From positions 8,723 through 72,722 of the IMG/VR virus record IMGVR_UViG_3300033120_000925: a DNA stretch of 64,000 bases, one strand, 5' to 3'. Positions 49,523 to 58,183 of this stretch are shown here, one piece after another. This DNA comes from a virus. Lineage: Duplodnaviria; Caudoviricetes. A program made the translations under genes and the position numbers. Under the pieces are notes generated by a model that worked only from the letters and a program-made list of their open reading frames with translations, ran no database searches and was not told the DNA's origin. Every line of letters starts with the position of its first letter. Position 1 is the stretch's first letter.

Positions 49523-49711
49523 ATGAAAACATTATATTACATCTGGAATACAAAAACTGACGAAAATTTTGACCCAATCGAAATGAAATTTTACGGAGCT
49601 AATTGGGAGCCACAACTTGAAGAAGATAAAGCCTATCTTCAGGGATTAATCGACGACGACAAAGAAAAATTTAAAGACTGTATTATAGAAGAAAAAACCT
49701 TTGAAAACTAA
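49523..49711 (+). CDS. early hypothetical protein
   Basis: Intact ORF. Confidence 0.6.
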   Translation: MKTLYYIWNTKTDENFDPIEMKFYGANWEPQLEEDKAYLQGLIDDDKEKFKDCIIEEKTFEN

Positions 49712-49715
49712 CAAG

Positions 49716-49901
49716 ATGAAAAATAGAAAATTTGACATTAAAAAAGACTTTCAAGAACTCAACAAACTTGAAAACGAAATAATACCTTTAATTGACAAAA
49801 TGGACTATCAAGACGCTTTAGACGATGGCGAAAGTGAATATAAAAGAAATTTATTAAAAAATTATATTAGAATATTATTTCATAATCAATTTAAAAACTA
49901 A
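49716..49901 (+). CDS. early hypothetical protein
   Basis: MKNRKF start. Confidence 0.55.
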   Translation: MKNRKFDIKKDFQELNKLENEIIPLIDKMDYQDALDDGESEYKRNLLKNYIRILFHNQFKN

Positions 49902-49976
49902 GATGAAAAAAGAAAAAACAGACTTCTTGCCCCAGATAATTATTTTAGCATTGATAATTATAATTATTTGTGCATT

Positions 49977-50177
49977 ATGATAGTAGAAAAAGCATTTGAT
50001 AAAGAAGCTTTTTTAGCTGATATTAAGGAGGAAATGGCATATTTAGGGATGAAACTTTCGGAGCTTGCTATTCGGGCAAAAATCCCCCAAAAAAGGTTCA
50101 TTTGCTTGATGAACAACAAAGCAAAGTTCAAAAAAGAAGACATCGAAGCAATAGAGAATGTTTTAGGAATTAATTAA
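49977..50177 (+). CDS. XRE/Cro-like HTH protein
   Basis: LGMKLSELAIRAKIPQKRFICLMNNKAKFKKEDIEAIENVLG. Confidence 0.7.
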   Translation: MIVEKAFDKEAFLADIKEEMAYLGMKLSELAIRAKIPQKRFICLMNNKAKFKKEDIEAIENVLGIN

Positions 50178-50190
50178 AAAAAAAGAAATT

Positions 50191-50397
50191 ATGACAAATA
50201 TACAATTTTACGGAACTAGTTATTTACCACATCAAACTTGGGCGGACAATTATGAAACAACAAGAGATAAAGACAATTTACAGTTATTCGACGGCGAAGT
50301 TGAAGAAAGTTATTTTGCTACAAATGGAGATTTAATTCATTATGTTAAATATGAAAAAGGAACAATTCTAGTACAAGATAAAGATAAAAAAAATTAG
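50191..50397 (+). CDS. early hypothetical protein
   Basis: Intact ORF. Confidence 0.6.
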   Translation: MTNIQFYGTSYLPHQTWADNYETTRDKDNLQLFDGEVEESYFATNGDLIHYVKYEKGTILVQDKDKKN

Positions 50398-50402
50398 AAA
50401 TT

Positions 50403-50597
50403 ATGGAAAATACAGTTTATTTTCAACCTCCAGGAATTAAGCCTAAATATTGTGAAATTGGTATGGTTTCAGAAACAGACCCCGAATACATTTGGTATTT
50501 AGAAGAACCTTGTAAAATTCTAATTAGCGAGGTTAAAATCATAGATAAAGAAAATGTGATTTTTGACAAAAGAAGCCGTTTATATATTGTTAAATAA
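50403..50597 (+). CDS. early hypothetical protein
   Basis: Intact ORF. Confidence 0.6.
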   Translation: MENTVYFQPPGIKPKYCEIGMVSETDPEYIWYLEEPCKILISEVKIIDKENVIFDKRSRLYIVK

Positions 50598-50610
50598 AAA
50601 AAAACAACTA

Positions 50611-50835
50611 ATGACAACATCACAAGAAATAGGCGCAATCCTAAAATCCAAACGAAAATCCAAAAACCTAACCCAAAAACAACTAGCTGTTCTCGCCTAC
50701 AATGAAATAACCTATCAAGGATTAATATCCAGAATAGAAAGCGGAACTTACAAAGAAATTCGGTTTCAAGACGTAGCGATAATTTTAAGCGCATTTGGGA
50801 TTGAACTTATTGAACTAATCGAAAAAACCAACTAA
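50611..50835 (+). CDS. XRE-family HTH transcriptional regulator
   Basis: IGAILKSKRKSKNLTQKQLA...LISRIESG...IILSAFGIEL. Confidence 0.85.
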   Translation: MTTSQEIGAILKSKRKSKNLTQKQLAVLAYNEITYQGLISRIESGTYKEIRFQDVAIILSAFGIELIELIEKTN

Positions 50836-50838
50836 ACT

Positions 50839-51054
50839 ATGAACACAGTACAAACGGAATACTCAAAAGATTTTAATTTTTTCCTCAACGAACAAATAGG
50901 AATTAATGCAAGGAATCAAGGGAAATATATTTCTTTCTTTTCTCGACTAGATGGAAAACTTTTTAAAACTATCGACCATCACAAAGAAATTTCTAACGAA
51001 GAAATAATAGAAATGAGCAAAACTATTCATTTAACCCTCCCAAAATACGACTAA
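50839..51054 (+). CDS. early hypothetical protein
   Basis: Intact ORF. Confidence 0.6.
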   Translation: MNTVQTEYSKDFNFFLNEQIGINARNQGKYISFFSRLDGKLFKTIDHHKEISNEEIIEMSKTIHLTLPKYD

Positions 51055-51056
51055 AT

Positions 51057-51350
51057 ATGAACACAACACTTTTATTATCAGTAATCGCTTTAATTGTGCT
51101 TTGCGTGCTACTTTTGCGAAAAATCATCAAGCAAGAAATTATTATTTTTGATCTAAACGACAAACTTAATATTTCCGACTACGAATACATTTCCTTATTC
51201 GGGGAGAATAGAAAACTATCAAAAACTATTGATACATTCGCCGAAATTCGTCATTCTGAATCTTGGTATTCCGAAGAAAACGAAAAAAGAATGAATATTA
51301 TCGGGCAAAATGGCAACGACGGAGAACATTACAAAAACGAAAAATTATGA
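51057..51350 (+). CDS. membrane-anchored hypothetical protein
   Basis: N-terminal TM segment. Confidence 0.6.
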   Translation: MNTTLLLSVIALIVLCVLLLRKIIKQEIIIFDLNDKLNISDYEYISLFGENRKLSKTIDTFAEIRHSESWYSEENEKRMNIIGQNGNDGEHYKNEKL

Positions 51351-51577
51351 AATTATCTACAGACGACATATTTGTTTTGTCAATCGCTCTTGAACAATTA
51401 CACAATCCAAAAGGGAAATGCCCTTTAAATGAAGGCGGAATAAGAAAACTTGCTTCTATTCAAGCAAAAATGGCCGAACACTTATTGCCAGTAAAAGCAA
51501 AAGATATTGTTGATGGTCTCGCAGAACTATTATTAAAAAGTATAAATTACGACAAACAAAAAGCCTCCCAGAAATGA
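51347..51577 (+). CDS. hypothetical protein
   Basis: MKLSTDD start, ATGA overlap. Confidence 0.6.
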   Translation: MKLSTDDIFVLSIALEQLHNPKGKCPLNEGGIRKLASIQAKMAEHLLPVKAKDIVDGLAELLLKSINYDKQKASQK

Positions 51578-51590
51578 GAGGCTTTTTTTT
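51558..51590. terminator. bidirectional terminator
   Basis: AAAAAGCCTC...GAGGCTTTTTTTT between convergent genes. Confidence 0.85.
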
Positions 51591-51604
51591 ATGTTTAAAA
51601 ATGA

Positions 51605-51970
51605 CTAAAACTCTTTCTTAACCAAAAGAAAAAAATCATCTTTTATCTCACAATACCCTTTATCGTAAACAAAATAATACTTGTTTCCAGTTTTAGCCTC
51701 CAAAAAACTTGTAAAAAATTCAAAATCAAAACCTTTTTTCTTCAAAAGTTTACGTTCTACTTTTGGATTTTCGCATACATTTAATTCAGTCAAAATACGA
51801 TAATTTTTACGTAGGCGATTGTTTATATTCCTCACTAAATTTGTAGCGTCTTTGTTTTGACGGTTATTGTACGTATTCCGGCACTTGTTGGAGCAAAACA
51901 TCTTATCTTCCCTTCCAAAAATTTCTTCTCCACATTCGGCACAAAATCGCTTTTCTTTTATTGGTTCCAT
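51605..51970 (-). CDS. DUF2116-like zinc-ribbon protein
   Basis: CAECGEEIFGREDKMFCSNKCRNTYNN. Confidence 0.7.
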   Translation of the reverse strand: MEPIKEKRFCAECGEEIFGREDKMFCSNKCRNTYNNRQNKDATNLVRNINNRLRKNYRILTELNVCENPKVERKLLKKKGFDFEFFTSFLEAKTGNKYYFVYDKGYCEIKDDFFLLVKKEF

Positions 51971-53202
51971 TGTCGTTTCATTATTTCGGCATATTCTACC
52001 TTACTTGTTTTATTGTAGTGGTCTAATTGGGAGCTTTTTTTACTCCAGCCACAAATTGATTTTATCACGGCATCATCTACCTTGCCATAGTTATTCGTAG
52101 CAAAACTTCGGCGACAAACGTGTGACGAAATTAGTTTATATTTCTCGAAATACCCAACTTTTTTTCTTTTTAAAACTTTATCGAACAATTTACCGTAAAC
52201 CAAATTATCTATTTCGCATACTTGGCAAATGGTTTTAATGTGCTTGTTAAAATCCGAACTGCTTATTTTTTGGGGTAAATATCCAAAATTATCATTTAGT
52301 AATTTTTCTACTTGAAAATGAATCGGGATAACTACCTTAGCTTTTGTTTTTTGAGTTTTAATTGTAAAATTACCATCCTTTATATTATTTGCATCAAGTT
52401 TCAAAAAGTCACTCACACGAAGTCCTGTAAATAATCCCAAAATAAAGTTTTGCTTTGCAACGTTCAATTCTTCGTCATACGAAAAATCCTTGTCGATTAT
52501 CTTCTGGATTTCCTGCTCATTCAAATAAACTCCCTCAATATCATTTTCGGGATCGAAATAAATTCTTTCCTTAAATGCTTGACTTACTTCAAAATCCATT
52601 TCTGTAGCACGATTAAAAAAGAAGCGCAATCTACCTATGTTTCTTTCTATCGTAGAGTTTTGGTAGTTTTCGGTTTCCTGCCAATCGATAAATCCCTCCA
52701 AATCTTTTTTGGTATTGTTACGAAGCGTGATTTTCTCTCCTATTACTTTTTCGTATTCCACAAGAGTTTCGACGAATTTCTTGTATTGGTTCTTCGCCGG
52801 TTCTTCCATTTTCTTTTTGGCCGAAACTTTCCAGTCCGAGGAAAAATTTTCCAACCAATATGTAGCAAAGTCCGAAACGTAAATCGTATGTAATGGACTT
52901 ACCATCGAAATTTCCTCTTTCGGGCGCATAAATGTAGTTTTAATTACCTTTTGCAACCAAATCTTATCAATCAAAACTCCACGGCAAAAGTCTTTATTGT
53001 ATTGCTTTAAAATATCCGTTTTAAGCTCTTGTAAAGCAATAGTCACTTCATTATTCCCTACAACAGTTTCCGTCGCAGAAACCCATTCAGAATCCGTCAG
53101 CATCACGTTTATCGCTGCCGACACGTCCAACTTATGATGATAGAAGCGAACAGATAATTTCTTTATCGCCTTTGTTCCGTTTAATGTGAATTTGATATTC
53201 AT
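51958..53202 (-). CDS. int: tyrosine recombinase/integrase, Bacteroidota phage/MGE type
   Basis: Full catalytic set: TGLRVSD (R), KTQKT (K), SHVCRR (HxxR), CGWS (W), DHY (Y); arm-binding-like N-terminus. Confidence 0.95.
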   Translation of the reverse strand: MNIKFTLNGTKAIKKLSVRFYHHKLDVSAAINVMLTDSEWVSATETVVGNNEVTIALQELKTDILKQYNKDFCRGVLIDKIWLQKVIKTTFMRPKEEISMVSPLHTIYVSDFATYWLENFSSDWKVSAKKKMEEPAKNQYKKFVETLVEYEKVIGEKITLRNNTKKDLEGFIDWQETENYQNSTIERNIGRLRFFFNRATEMDFEVSQAFKERIYFDPENDIEGVYLNEQEIQKIIDKDFSYDEELNVAKQNFILGLFTGLRVSDFLKLDANNIKDGNFTIKTQKTKAKVVIPIHFQVEKLLNDNFGYLPQKISSSDFNKHIKTICQVCEIDNLVYGKLFDKVLKRKKVGYFEKYKLISSHVCRRSFATNNYGKVDDAVIKSICGWSKKSSQLDHYNKTSKVEYAEIMKRQWNQ

Positions 53203-53221
53203 AATATAAAGTTTTGATAAG

Positions 53222-53311
53222 CAAAGTTACATATAAATAATCAAATATAGATATATTTTCAGAAATAATTTCATTTTAACTGTCTATATATGAAATTAAT
53301 TCCTATCTTTG
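53222..53311. promoter_or_regulatory. divergent promoters for int and xis/array
   Basis: -7 boxes: CAAAGTTA 53222-53229 (minus) and TATCTTTG 53304-53311 (plus); -33 elements weak. Confidence 0.55.
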
Positions 53312-53342
53312 CGAAACAATTTCCATTTAAAAACAAATAAAA

Positions 53343-53576
53343 ATGAAAGAAAAGATATTTATAGAGCTAACAGATGACCAAATAAATAAAGTCTTTGAAT
53401 CTCGACAACCAAAAATAATTGAGCCAATAACTTTTTCAATAACGGATGCGGCTAAAAAATTAGGTATAAGCAAAGCGCATATTTACATACTAATAAACTC
53501 CGGCGAGATTAAAAAAATTATAATTGGAAAATCGCCAAGAATTCACATAGACGAAATAAATAAATTTTTGTTATGA
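53343..53576 (+). CDS. excisionase-like HTH protein
   Basis: FSITDAAKKLGISKAHIYILINSGEIKKIIIGKSPRIHIDEINKFL; divergent from int. Confidence 0.8.
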   Translation: MKEKIFIELTDDQINKVFESRQPKIIEPITFSITDAAKKLGISKAHIYILINSGEIKKIIIGKSPRIHIDEINKFLL

Positions 53577-54298
53577 AAGATCAAGTAGAGGTTTGGAAGC
53601 CTATTCCTGGATATGAAGGAAAGTATGAGTTTAGTAATTTACATAATGTAAAATCATTAAGTAGATTTATTAAAAGAGGAAATGGTGGTTTTTGGTCAAA
53701 AGAAAAGATATTAAAGATTTTTTTAGAGGAAGGATATTATAAAGTAGGGTTATGCTTAAATGGAAAATCTAAAAGTTTTGGAATACATCAATTAGTTGCT
53801 ATGGAGTTTTTAAATCATACTCCCTGTGGGTTTGAATTAGTTGTAGAACATAAAAATCAAATCAGGACTGATAATAGAATTGAAAATTTAGAGATAATTA
53901 CTCAAAGGAAAAACGCAAATAAAAAGCATTTAAAAAGCAGTAGTAAATACACTGGGGTTTCGTGGCATAAAAAGAATAATAAATGGAGGTCGGCAATAGT
54001 TATCGAAGGAAAAGTAAAACATTTAGGATATTTTGAGATAGAGGAAGAAGCATCAGAATACTATGAAAACGCATTGAAAAATCATTTATCAGGATTACCT
54101 ATTAAAACTAAAAATGCAAATTTTAGTTCTAAATACGAAGGAGTTTCTTTAAGTAAAGCAGCTAAAAAATATATGGCAAGAATAACGATAAAAGGAAAAC
54201 AAATTTATTTAGGTAGTTTCAATACAGAATTAGAAGCTCATCTAAAATATCAAAATCAATATCGGGAAATCGCCGAGGATATGCAGGGCAGAAATTGA
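53573..54298 (+). CDS. NUMOD4-HNH-AP2 homing endonuclease
   Basis: EVWKPIPGYEGKYEFSN (NUMOD4), HQLVA...VEHKNQIRTDNRIENLE (HNH), two SSKYxGVS...LGxF AP2 domains. Confidence 0.9.
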   Translation: MKDQVEVWKPIPGYEGKYEFSNLHNVKSLSRFIKRGNGGFWSKEKILKIFLEEGYYKVGLCLNGKSKSFGIHQLVAMEFLNHTPCGFELVVEHKNQIRTDNRIENLEIITQRKNANKKHLKSSSKYTGVSWHKKNNKWRSAIVIEGKVKHLGYFEIEEEASEYYENALKNHLSGLPIKTKNANFSSKYEGVSLSKAAKKYMARITIKGKQIYLGSFNTELEAHLKYQNQYREIAEDMQGRN

Positions 54299-54332
54299 CA
54301 AGTTTTTACCCGCTCCTGAATCGTAGTATTCC

Positions 54333-54463
54333 TGATAACGTTTTGCGTGTATAAGAAGTGGCGGATTAGAACTCCAAAACTTTCAGAAAGCACGAAACTG
54401 AAATAGAAAAACAGAACTTAAATTAATAACAAAACTAACGCTGAAATGTAGCTGTTGTTACAG
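54333..54463 (+). repeat. attC-like site A (chimeric, arms do not pair)
   Basis: TGATAAC...GTTACAG; left arm resembles site D, right arm resembles site C. Confidence 0.6.
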
Positions 54464-54487
54464 GACGGCACTAAAATCAAATAAAAA

Positions 54488-54757
54488 ATGGGAACATTAA
54501 GAAACTTAAAAGGAACTTCTGTAGAAGAAATTGAATGTGAATTTATCACAAAACCATCTGAAATAAAAGATGTTTTAAAAAACGGAAAAGCCTGTACTGC
54601 TGCTGACAGCAATGGTGCGATTAATATATGGAAAGATGATAACGGATTAATTCGTTGTGAATCTATGGCGTATTATCGCTCTCTTGATACAAAAGAATTT
54701 GAAAATATTAAGGACGTAGAAAATTGGGCTAAAAAATGGCTTCGCAAGATAAAGTAA
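54488..54757 (+). CDS. cassette ORF, hypothetical
   Basis: Flanked by GTTACAGGAC / GTCCTGTAAC. Confidence 0.7.
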   Translation: MGTLRNLKGTSVEEIECEFITKPSEIKDVLKNGKACTAADSNGAINIWKDDNGLIRCESMAYYRSLDTKEFENIKDVENWAKKWLRKIK

Positions 54758-54773
54758 TGTTGCTCTCGCTGTC

Positions 54774-55007
54774 CTGTAACGGGCTCCGGCTTGTTCGTCG
54801 TTCCGAGAGGAGCTTGCTCCGAAGCGGAATGCGTACAAGCCGGTGATGGGGAAAAGGGGCGTTCCGCTCACCAAGGCGAAGCCGGAGCCCGATGGAGTGC
54901 AGCCCGGAGGGATGTACTCCATCGGTCTAGCTTGTAGCTGTATGCCAAGATAGAACGTGAATAGAAAGAAAATAGTCATAGCATATAGCTACAAGCGTAT
55001 GTTAGGG
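54774..55007 (+). repeat. attC-like site B containing a GC-rich multi-hairpin module
   Basis: CTGTAAC...GTTAGGG, 234 bp; nested stems; 76 nt (54777-54852) identical to 63925-64000. Confidence 0.7.
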
Positions 55008-55100
55008 TTCGTTGCGGATGATTAAAGAAGGTTTCATCGAGTACAAAAACGTCTCTCACGATTGAAAGATAAGGCGTTCCTTCATTTTTAAATTTATATT

Positions 55101-55445
55101 ATGAAATTAACAGATAAACAATTTAGGGTTTTAGAGTTTTTGATAAATAAAGGAAGAAATTATAATACTTCTGTTCACGGAACTATGCTGACTAAAATTA
55201 TCTATGATGAAGAAACTATTAAAAAATATTCTTTTGCTAGAACTGCTAAAATGGTAATTGACACAATGACTTTTTCTTATCTAGGAAAAATGTGTCGTGC
55301 AGATTTAATTGGCTCTGAATATCAAACTATTGGCGACTTGTCAAGTAGAACTAAAGGCTATTCATATTATTGTGGACATTATTGCACAAAAAAAGGCAAG
55401 GAAGCGTATGATGAATTTCTTTTGAAAACGAAAATAGAGCAATGA
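55101..55445 (+). CDS. cassette ORF, hypothetical (winged-helix-like)
   Basis: Stop abuts GAGCCCTAAC; LGKMCRADLI...CTKKGKEAY. Confidence 0.65.
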   Translation: MKLTDKQFRVLEFLINKGRNYNTSVHGTMLTKIIYDEETIKKYSFARTAKMVIDTMTFSYLGKMCRADLIGSEYQTIGDLSSRTKGYSYYCGHYCTKKGKEAYDEFLLKTKIEQ

Positions 55446-55446
55446 G

Positions 55447-55526
55447 CCCTAACGTTCTGCGGCTACAGTTTCGGCAGCCTATGTACAAAGTTGCTTTCGG
55501 CTGCTGAAATGTAGCCGTTGTTATGC
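55447..55526 (+). repeat. attC-like site C (short class, 80 bp)
   Basis: CCCTAAC; CGGCTACAGTTTCGGCAGCC / GGCTGCTGAAATGTAGCCG with one extra G; GTTATGC. Confidence 0.9.
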
Positions 55527-55569
55527 CTAGTACGGCAAAATAAAATATTAACAATAAATTAAAAGTAAA

Positions 55570-55815
55570 ATGATTAAAGTATTAAGACAAGAATCTTCTT
55601 TTTATAAAGAATTAGAAGCGTTTAACGCCTATATGGCAACAAGAAATATAGAAGTGCAAATGACACCCCACAACGGTATCATTTACAAAATTCAAGATAA
55701 ATATTATAAATATCTTCAAGATGGCGAATATCCAGAATCATTACCTCCTTTTTTAGATGGAAAATATGTTGAATGTGATTATTTTGGAAATACTGATTAC
55801 TACCAAGAATCGTAG
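55570..55815 (+). CDS. cassette ORF, hypothetical
   Basis: Stop TAG inside the AATCGTAGTATT end motif. Confidence 0.7.
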   Translation: MIKVLRQESSFYKELEAFNAYMATRNIEVQMTPHNGIIYKIQDKYYKYLQDGEYPESLPPFLDGKYVECDYFGNTDYYQES

Positions 55816-55821
55816 TATTAG

Positions 55822-55951
55822 GCATAACGTTTGCGTGTATGGTTAGTGCGGAAAAATAAGCCGAATCGCTCCATTCAAGACCGAGTAATCCAAGTACAGA
55901 CAGAACTTTAAAATAAACCTAATACCGCATTAACTATACAAGCTGTTAGCA
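55822..55951 (+). repeat. attC-like site D (130 bp)
   Basis: GCATAAC; TGTATGGTTAGTGCGG / CCGCATTAACTATACA; GTTAGCA. Confidence 0.85.
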
Positions 55952-55963
55952 GCAGTTAAATTT

Positions 55964-56170
55964 ATGAAAACAATTATCATCGAACAGGCGATTTATAAAG
56001 TAACAGATAGAGAATTTAATGTTATAAAAGCAATGCAACAAAAAATAAAAAATGAAGCTACAGATTATAAAGCGTGTTTTAAAGCAGAAGATGAACTTAA
56101 CGAGTATTTAGATGTAGCGAAAACTCTTTATAAATTCGTAGGAACGGTTGATTTTCATTGTCAGCGTTAA
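55964..56170 (+). CDS. cassette ORF, hypothetical
   Basis: Between paired cassette ends. Confidence 0.7.
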   Translation: MKTIIIEQAIYKVTDREFNVIKAMQQKIKNEATDYKACFKAEDELNEYLDVAKTLYKFVGTVDFHCQR

Positions 56171-56174
56171 TTGC

Positions 56175-56306
56175 TGCTAACGTTCTGGCACTACAACGGG
56201 TTTGGGGTTAAAAATGCGTAATCTTTCGGTTATGTCTAATAATTACAAGCACAAAACAATAATTCAGAAAGTCCAATGCCCAAATCCGTTGTAGTGGCTG
56301 TTATGC
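56175..56306 (+). repeat. attC-like site E (132 bp)
   Basis: TGCTAAC; CACTACAACGGGTTTGGG / CCCAAATCCGTTGTAGTG; GTTATGC. Confidence 0.9.
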
Positions 56307-56348
56307 GTTCGGCTTTTTAAAACTAAATATTAATCAAAAAATAATAAA

Positions 56349-56666
56349 ATGAATACGGAAAAACAAAAAGAATTTTTAGAGTTAAAGACTAAACTACTAA
56401 ATGAAATTGAATATCGAGAAGGTGTTTTAAGACAATTAAATTTCGATTCAAATAGAGAAAAAGGATTTGTTTCTACTTTTTTAAAAGGATTTTTAAAGCA
56501 CAAAAAACAAGCTCCTAATTTATTCTGGAAAGATGGCGAAACTTACGGAAGATATTTAATTGATGCTGATAAAGAATTACATAAAGATATTGCATTAGCT
56601 TTTGAAAAATCAATTGAAAAACTAAAACGTGATTATAACGATTCGGTTCTGGAAGCTGACGCATAA
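56349..56666 (+). CDS. cassette ORF, hypothetical
   Basis: TAA stop lies inside GCATAAC. Confidence 0.7.
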   Translation: MNTEKQKEFLELKTKLLNEIEYREGVLRQLNFDSNREKGFVSTFLKGFLKHKKQAPNLFWKDGETYGRYLIDADKELHKDIALAFEKSIEKLKRDYNDSVLEADA

Positions 56667-56794
56667 CGGCGGAGGCTTTGTGATGTTGCCTTGAAAACAC
56701 ACCTAAAACTTTAAATTAAAAACAAATGAATCAAGAAAAAAACAATGTTTCAATTAATAACCAATCAGGCAATAGCACAAAACCTATGTTACAA
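56661..56794 (+). repeat. attC-like site F (134 bp)
   Basis: GCATAAC; AGGCTTTGTGATGTTGCCT / AGGCAATAGCACAAAACCT; GTTACAA. Confidence 0.8.
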
Positions 56795-57046
56795 GACGTT
56801 ACTCTTGTGAAAACGGATTTTAAACTTACTGGATTAGGGAGAAAAAAATCAATGACTTGCGAGCCATTAAATAACCAAAACATATTCTGGCCCAAAGTTG
56901 GATTAAGCCAAGACAGATTTGATGCGTTATGGGATTATTTTAAAGGAAATAAGCCAATGCAAATGATTGCTGAAATTGAACACGAAGGACTTTATGAAGA
57001 CGGAACCCCTATTAACGGAAATGTTGTAGGTGTACGTGATTTGTAA
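56726..57046 (+). CDS. cassette ORF starting in the site F loop
   Basis: ATG 56726 in the loop; a second ATG overlaps the GTTA core (ATG TTA). Confidence 0.65.
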   Translation: MNQEKNNVSINNQSGNSTKPMLQDVTLVKTDFKLTGLGRKKSMTCEPLNNQNIFWPKVGLSQDRFDALWDYFKGNKPMQMIAEIEHEGLYEDGTPINGNVVGVRDL

Positions 57047-57050
57047 TGTC

Positions 57051-57127
57051 TTGTAACGTTTGTCGCTTGTACTAGGCGGCTATGCGGTTGCGTATATTCT
57101 GCCGCTTAGTACAAACGATTGTTAGGA
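57051..57127 (+). repeat. attC-like site G (short class, 77 bp)
   Basis: TTGTAAC; TCGCTTGTACTAGGCGGC / GCCGCTTAGTACAAACGA; GTTAGGA. Confidence 0.9.
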
Positions 57128-57164
57128 GAATACCACTAAACACTAATTTAAAAACATATTTAAA

Positions 57165-57545
57165 ATGACAAAACAAGAAAAAATTAAAAAAGAATGGGGT
57201 AGTTTTTACACAGATAAAGTAAGCCCTGATGGATGGTTAAATATTCATCCAAAAAATTATTCAAATGATGAATTGTTTGATAGATTAAAATTTAATTCAG
57301 AAAGAGATTCAATTCGTCCTAAAACATTACAAGGAGTAGAACACAATCACGGTTGGACTAAAATTGAAAAAGAATCTGATTTACCTACAATTGGAGAATA
57401 TTATACGATTGCAAGTTTTGATAATTTAATCGTAGAAAGAGAGTTTCCGCACCCTAAATTTTCTTTAGAATTTAATAAAGAATGGTGGTTAAAATATATT
57501 ACCCACTATCAACAAATTATTAAGCCAGAGAAGCCACTATACTAG
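57165..57545 (+). CDS. cassette ORF, phage-type hypothetical
   Basis: GWTKIEKESDLP...ITHYQQI (DUF551-like ends). Confidence 0.7.
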   Translation: MTKQEKIKKEWGSFYTDKVSPDGWLNIHPKNYSNDELFDRLKFNSERDSIRPKTLQGVEHNHGWTKIEKESDLPTIGEYYTIASFDNLIVEREFPHPKFSLEFNKEWWLKYITHYQQIIKPEKPLY

Positions 57546-57553
57546 GCGGTTTC

Positions 57554-57675
57554 TCCTAACGTTACATCGCTTGGCTTAGTGCCGAGTTATGAAAACAATA
57601 ATTTCTAATTAAAAATAAACGTGATGAAAAACGATAAAAACGAAAATAAGGCATTGAGCCAAACGAGTGTTAGCA
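57554..57675 (+). repeat. attC-like site H (122 bp)
   Basis: TCCTAAC; TCGCTTGGCTTAGTGCC / GGCATTGAGCCAAACGA; GTTAGCA. Confidence 0.85.
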
Positions 57676-58046
57676 GTAGTGTTTTTTCTTTTGATGATTT
57701 TGATAAACTTATGAATACTAAAGAAGAAATACAAGAACTAATTAATATGCCTAAAGATGAATTTGTAGAAAAAACTAAAAAACTTCTTAACTACATATCA
57801 GACCAATATTCTAAAGGTTGGAAATCAAAAAGACTAACAGAAGAAGAATATCCTGAAGAAAGTGTTTGCGATAAATGTACAGGATGCGGAACTTTTAAAT
57901 TTAATGGAGAAGACGATGAATGTGTTGCAGACCGAGAAGAGGGCGAATGTTATGTTAGATATTTTGATGCTGAGGAATTTGGATTAGAAATTGAAGCAAC
58001 TATGGATGATGTTTATGAACTTCTTTTTATAGACAATATTGAGTAA
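57621..58046 (+). CDS. cassette ORF starting in the site H loop, Cys-containing
   Basis: Leader KALSQTSVSSS read through the hairpin arm; CDKCTGC motif. Confidence 0.65.
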   Translation: MMKNDKNENKALSQTSVSSSVFSFDDFDKLMNTKEEIQELINMPKDEFVEKTKKLLNYISDQYSKGWKSKRLTEEEYPEESVCDKCTGCGTFKFNGEDDECVADREEGECYVRYFDAEEFGLEIEATMDDVYELLFIDNIE

Positions 58047-58052
58047 CATTAC

Positions 58053-58183
58053 TGCTAACGCTTTGCTACTACAAGCAGTAGCGGACAAATAAAGACTAAT
58101 TCTCGGATAATTATAAATTATCCAAACACAAAACAATAATAACCAAAGCCAGATTAAGCTATTGATTGTAGTAGCTGTTATAT
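58053..58183 (+). repeat. attC-like site I (131 bp)
   Basis: TGCTAAC; GCTACTACAAGCAGTAGC / GCTATTGATTGTAGTAGC; GTTATAT. Confidence 0.85.

Noticed and set aside
50423-50794. 123-aa minus-strand ORF in the early cluster
   Set aside because: Antisense to 50403-50597 and the XRE gene; composition reflects the A-rich sense strand.
54647-54979. 110-aa minus-strand ORF across site B
   Set aside because: An open frame caused by the GC-rich hairpins; it spans a cassette boundary and is antisense to a real ORF.
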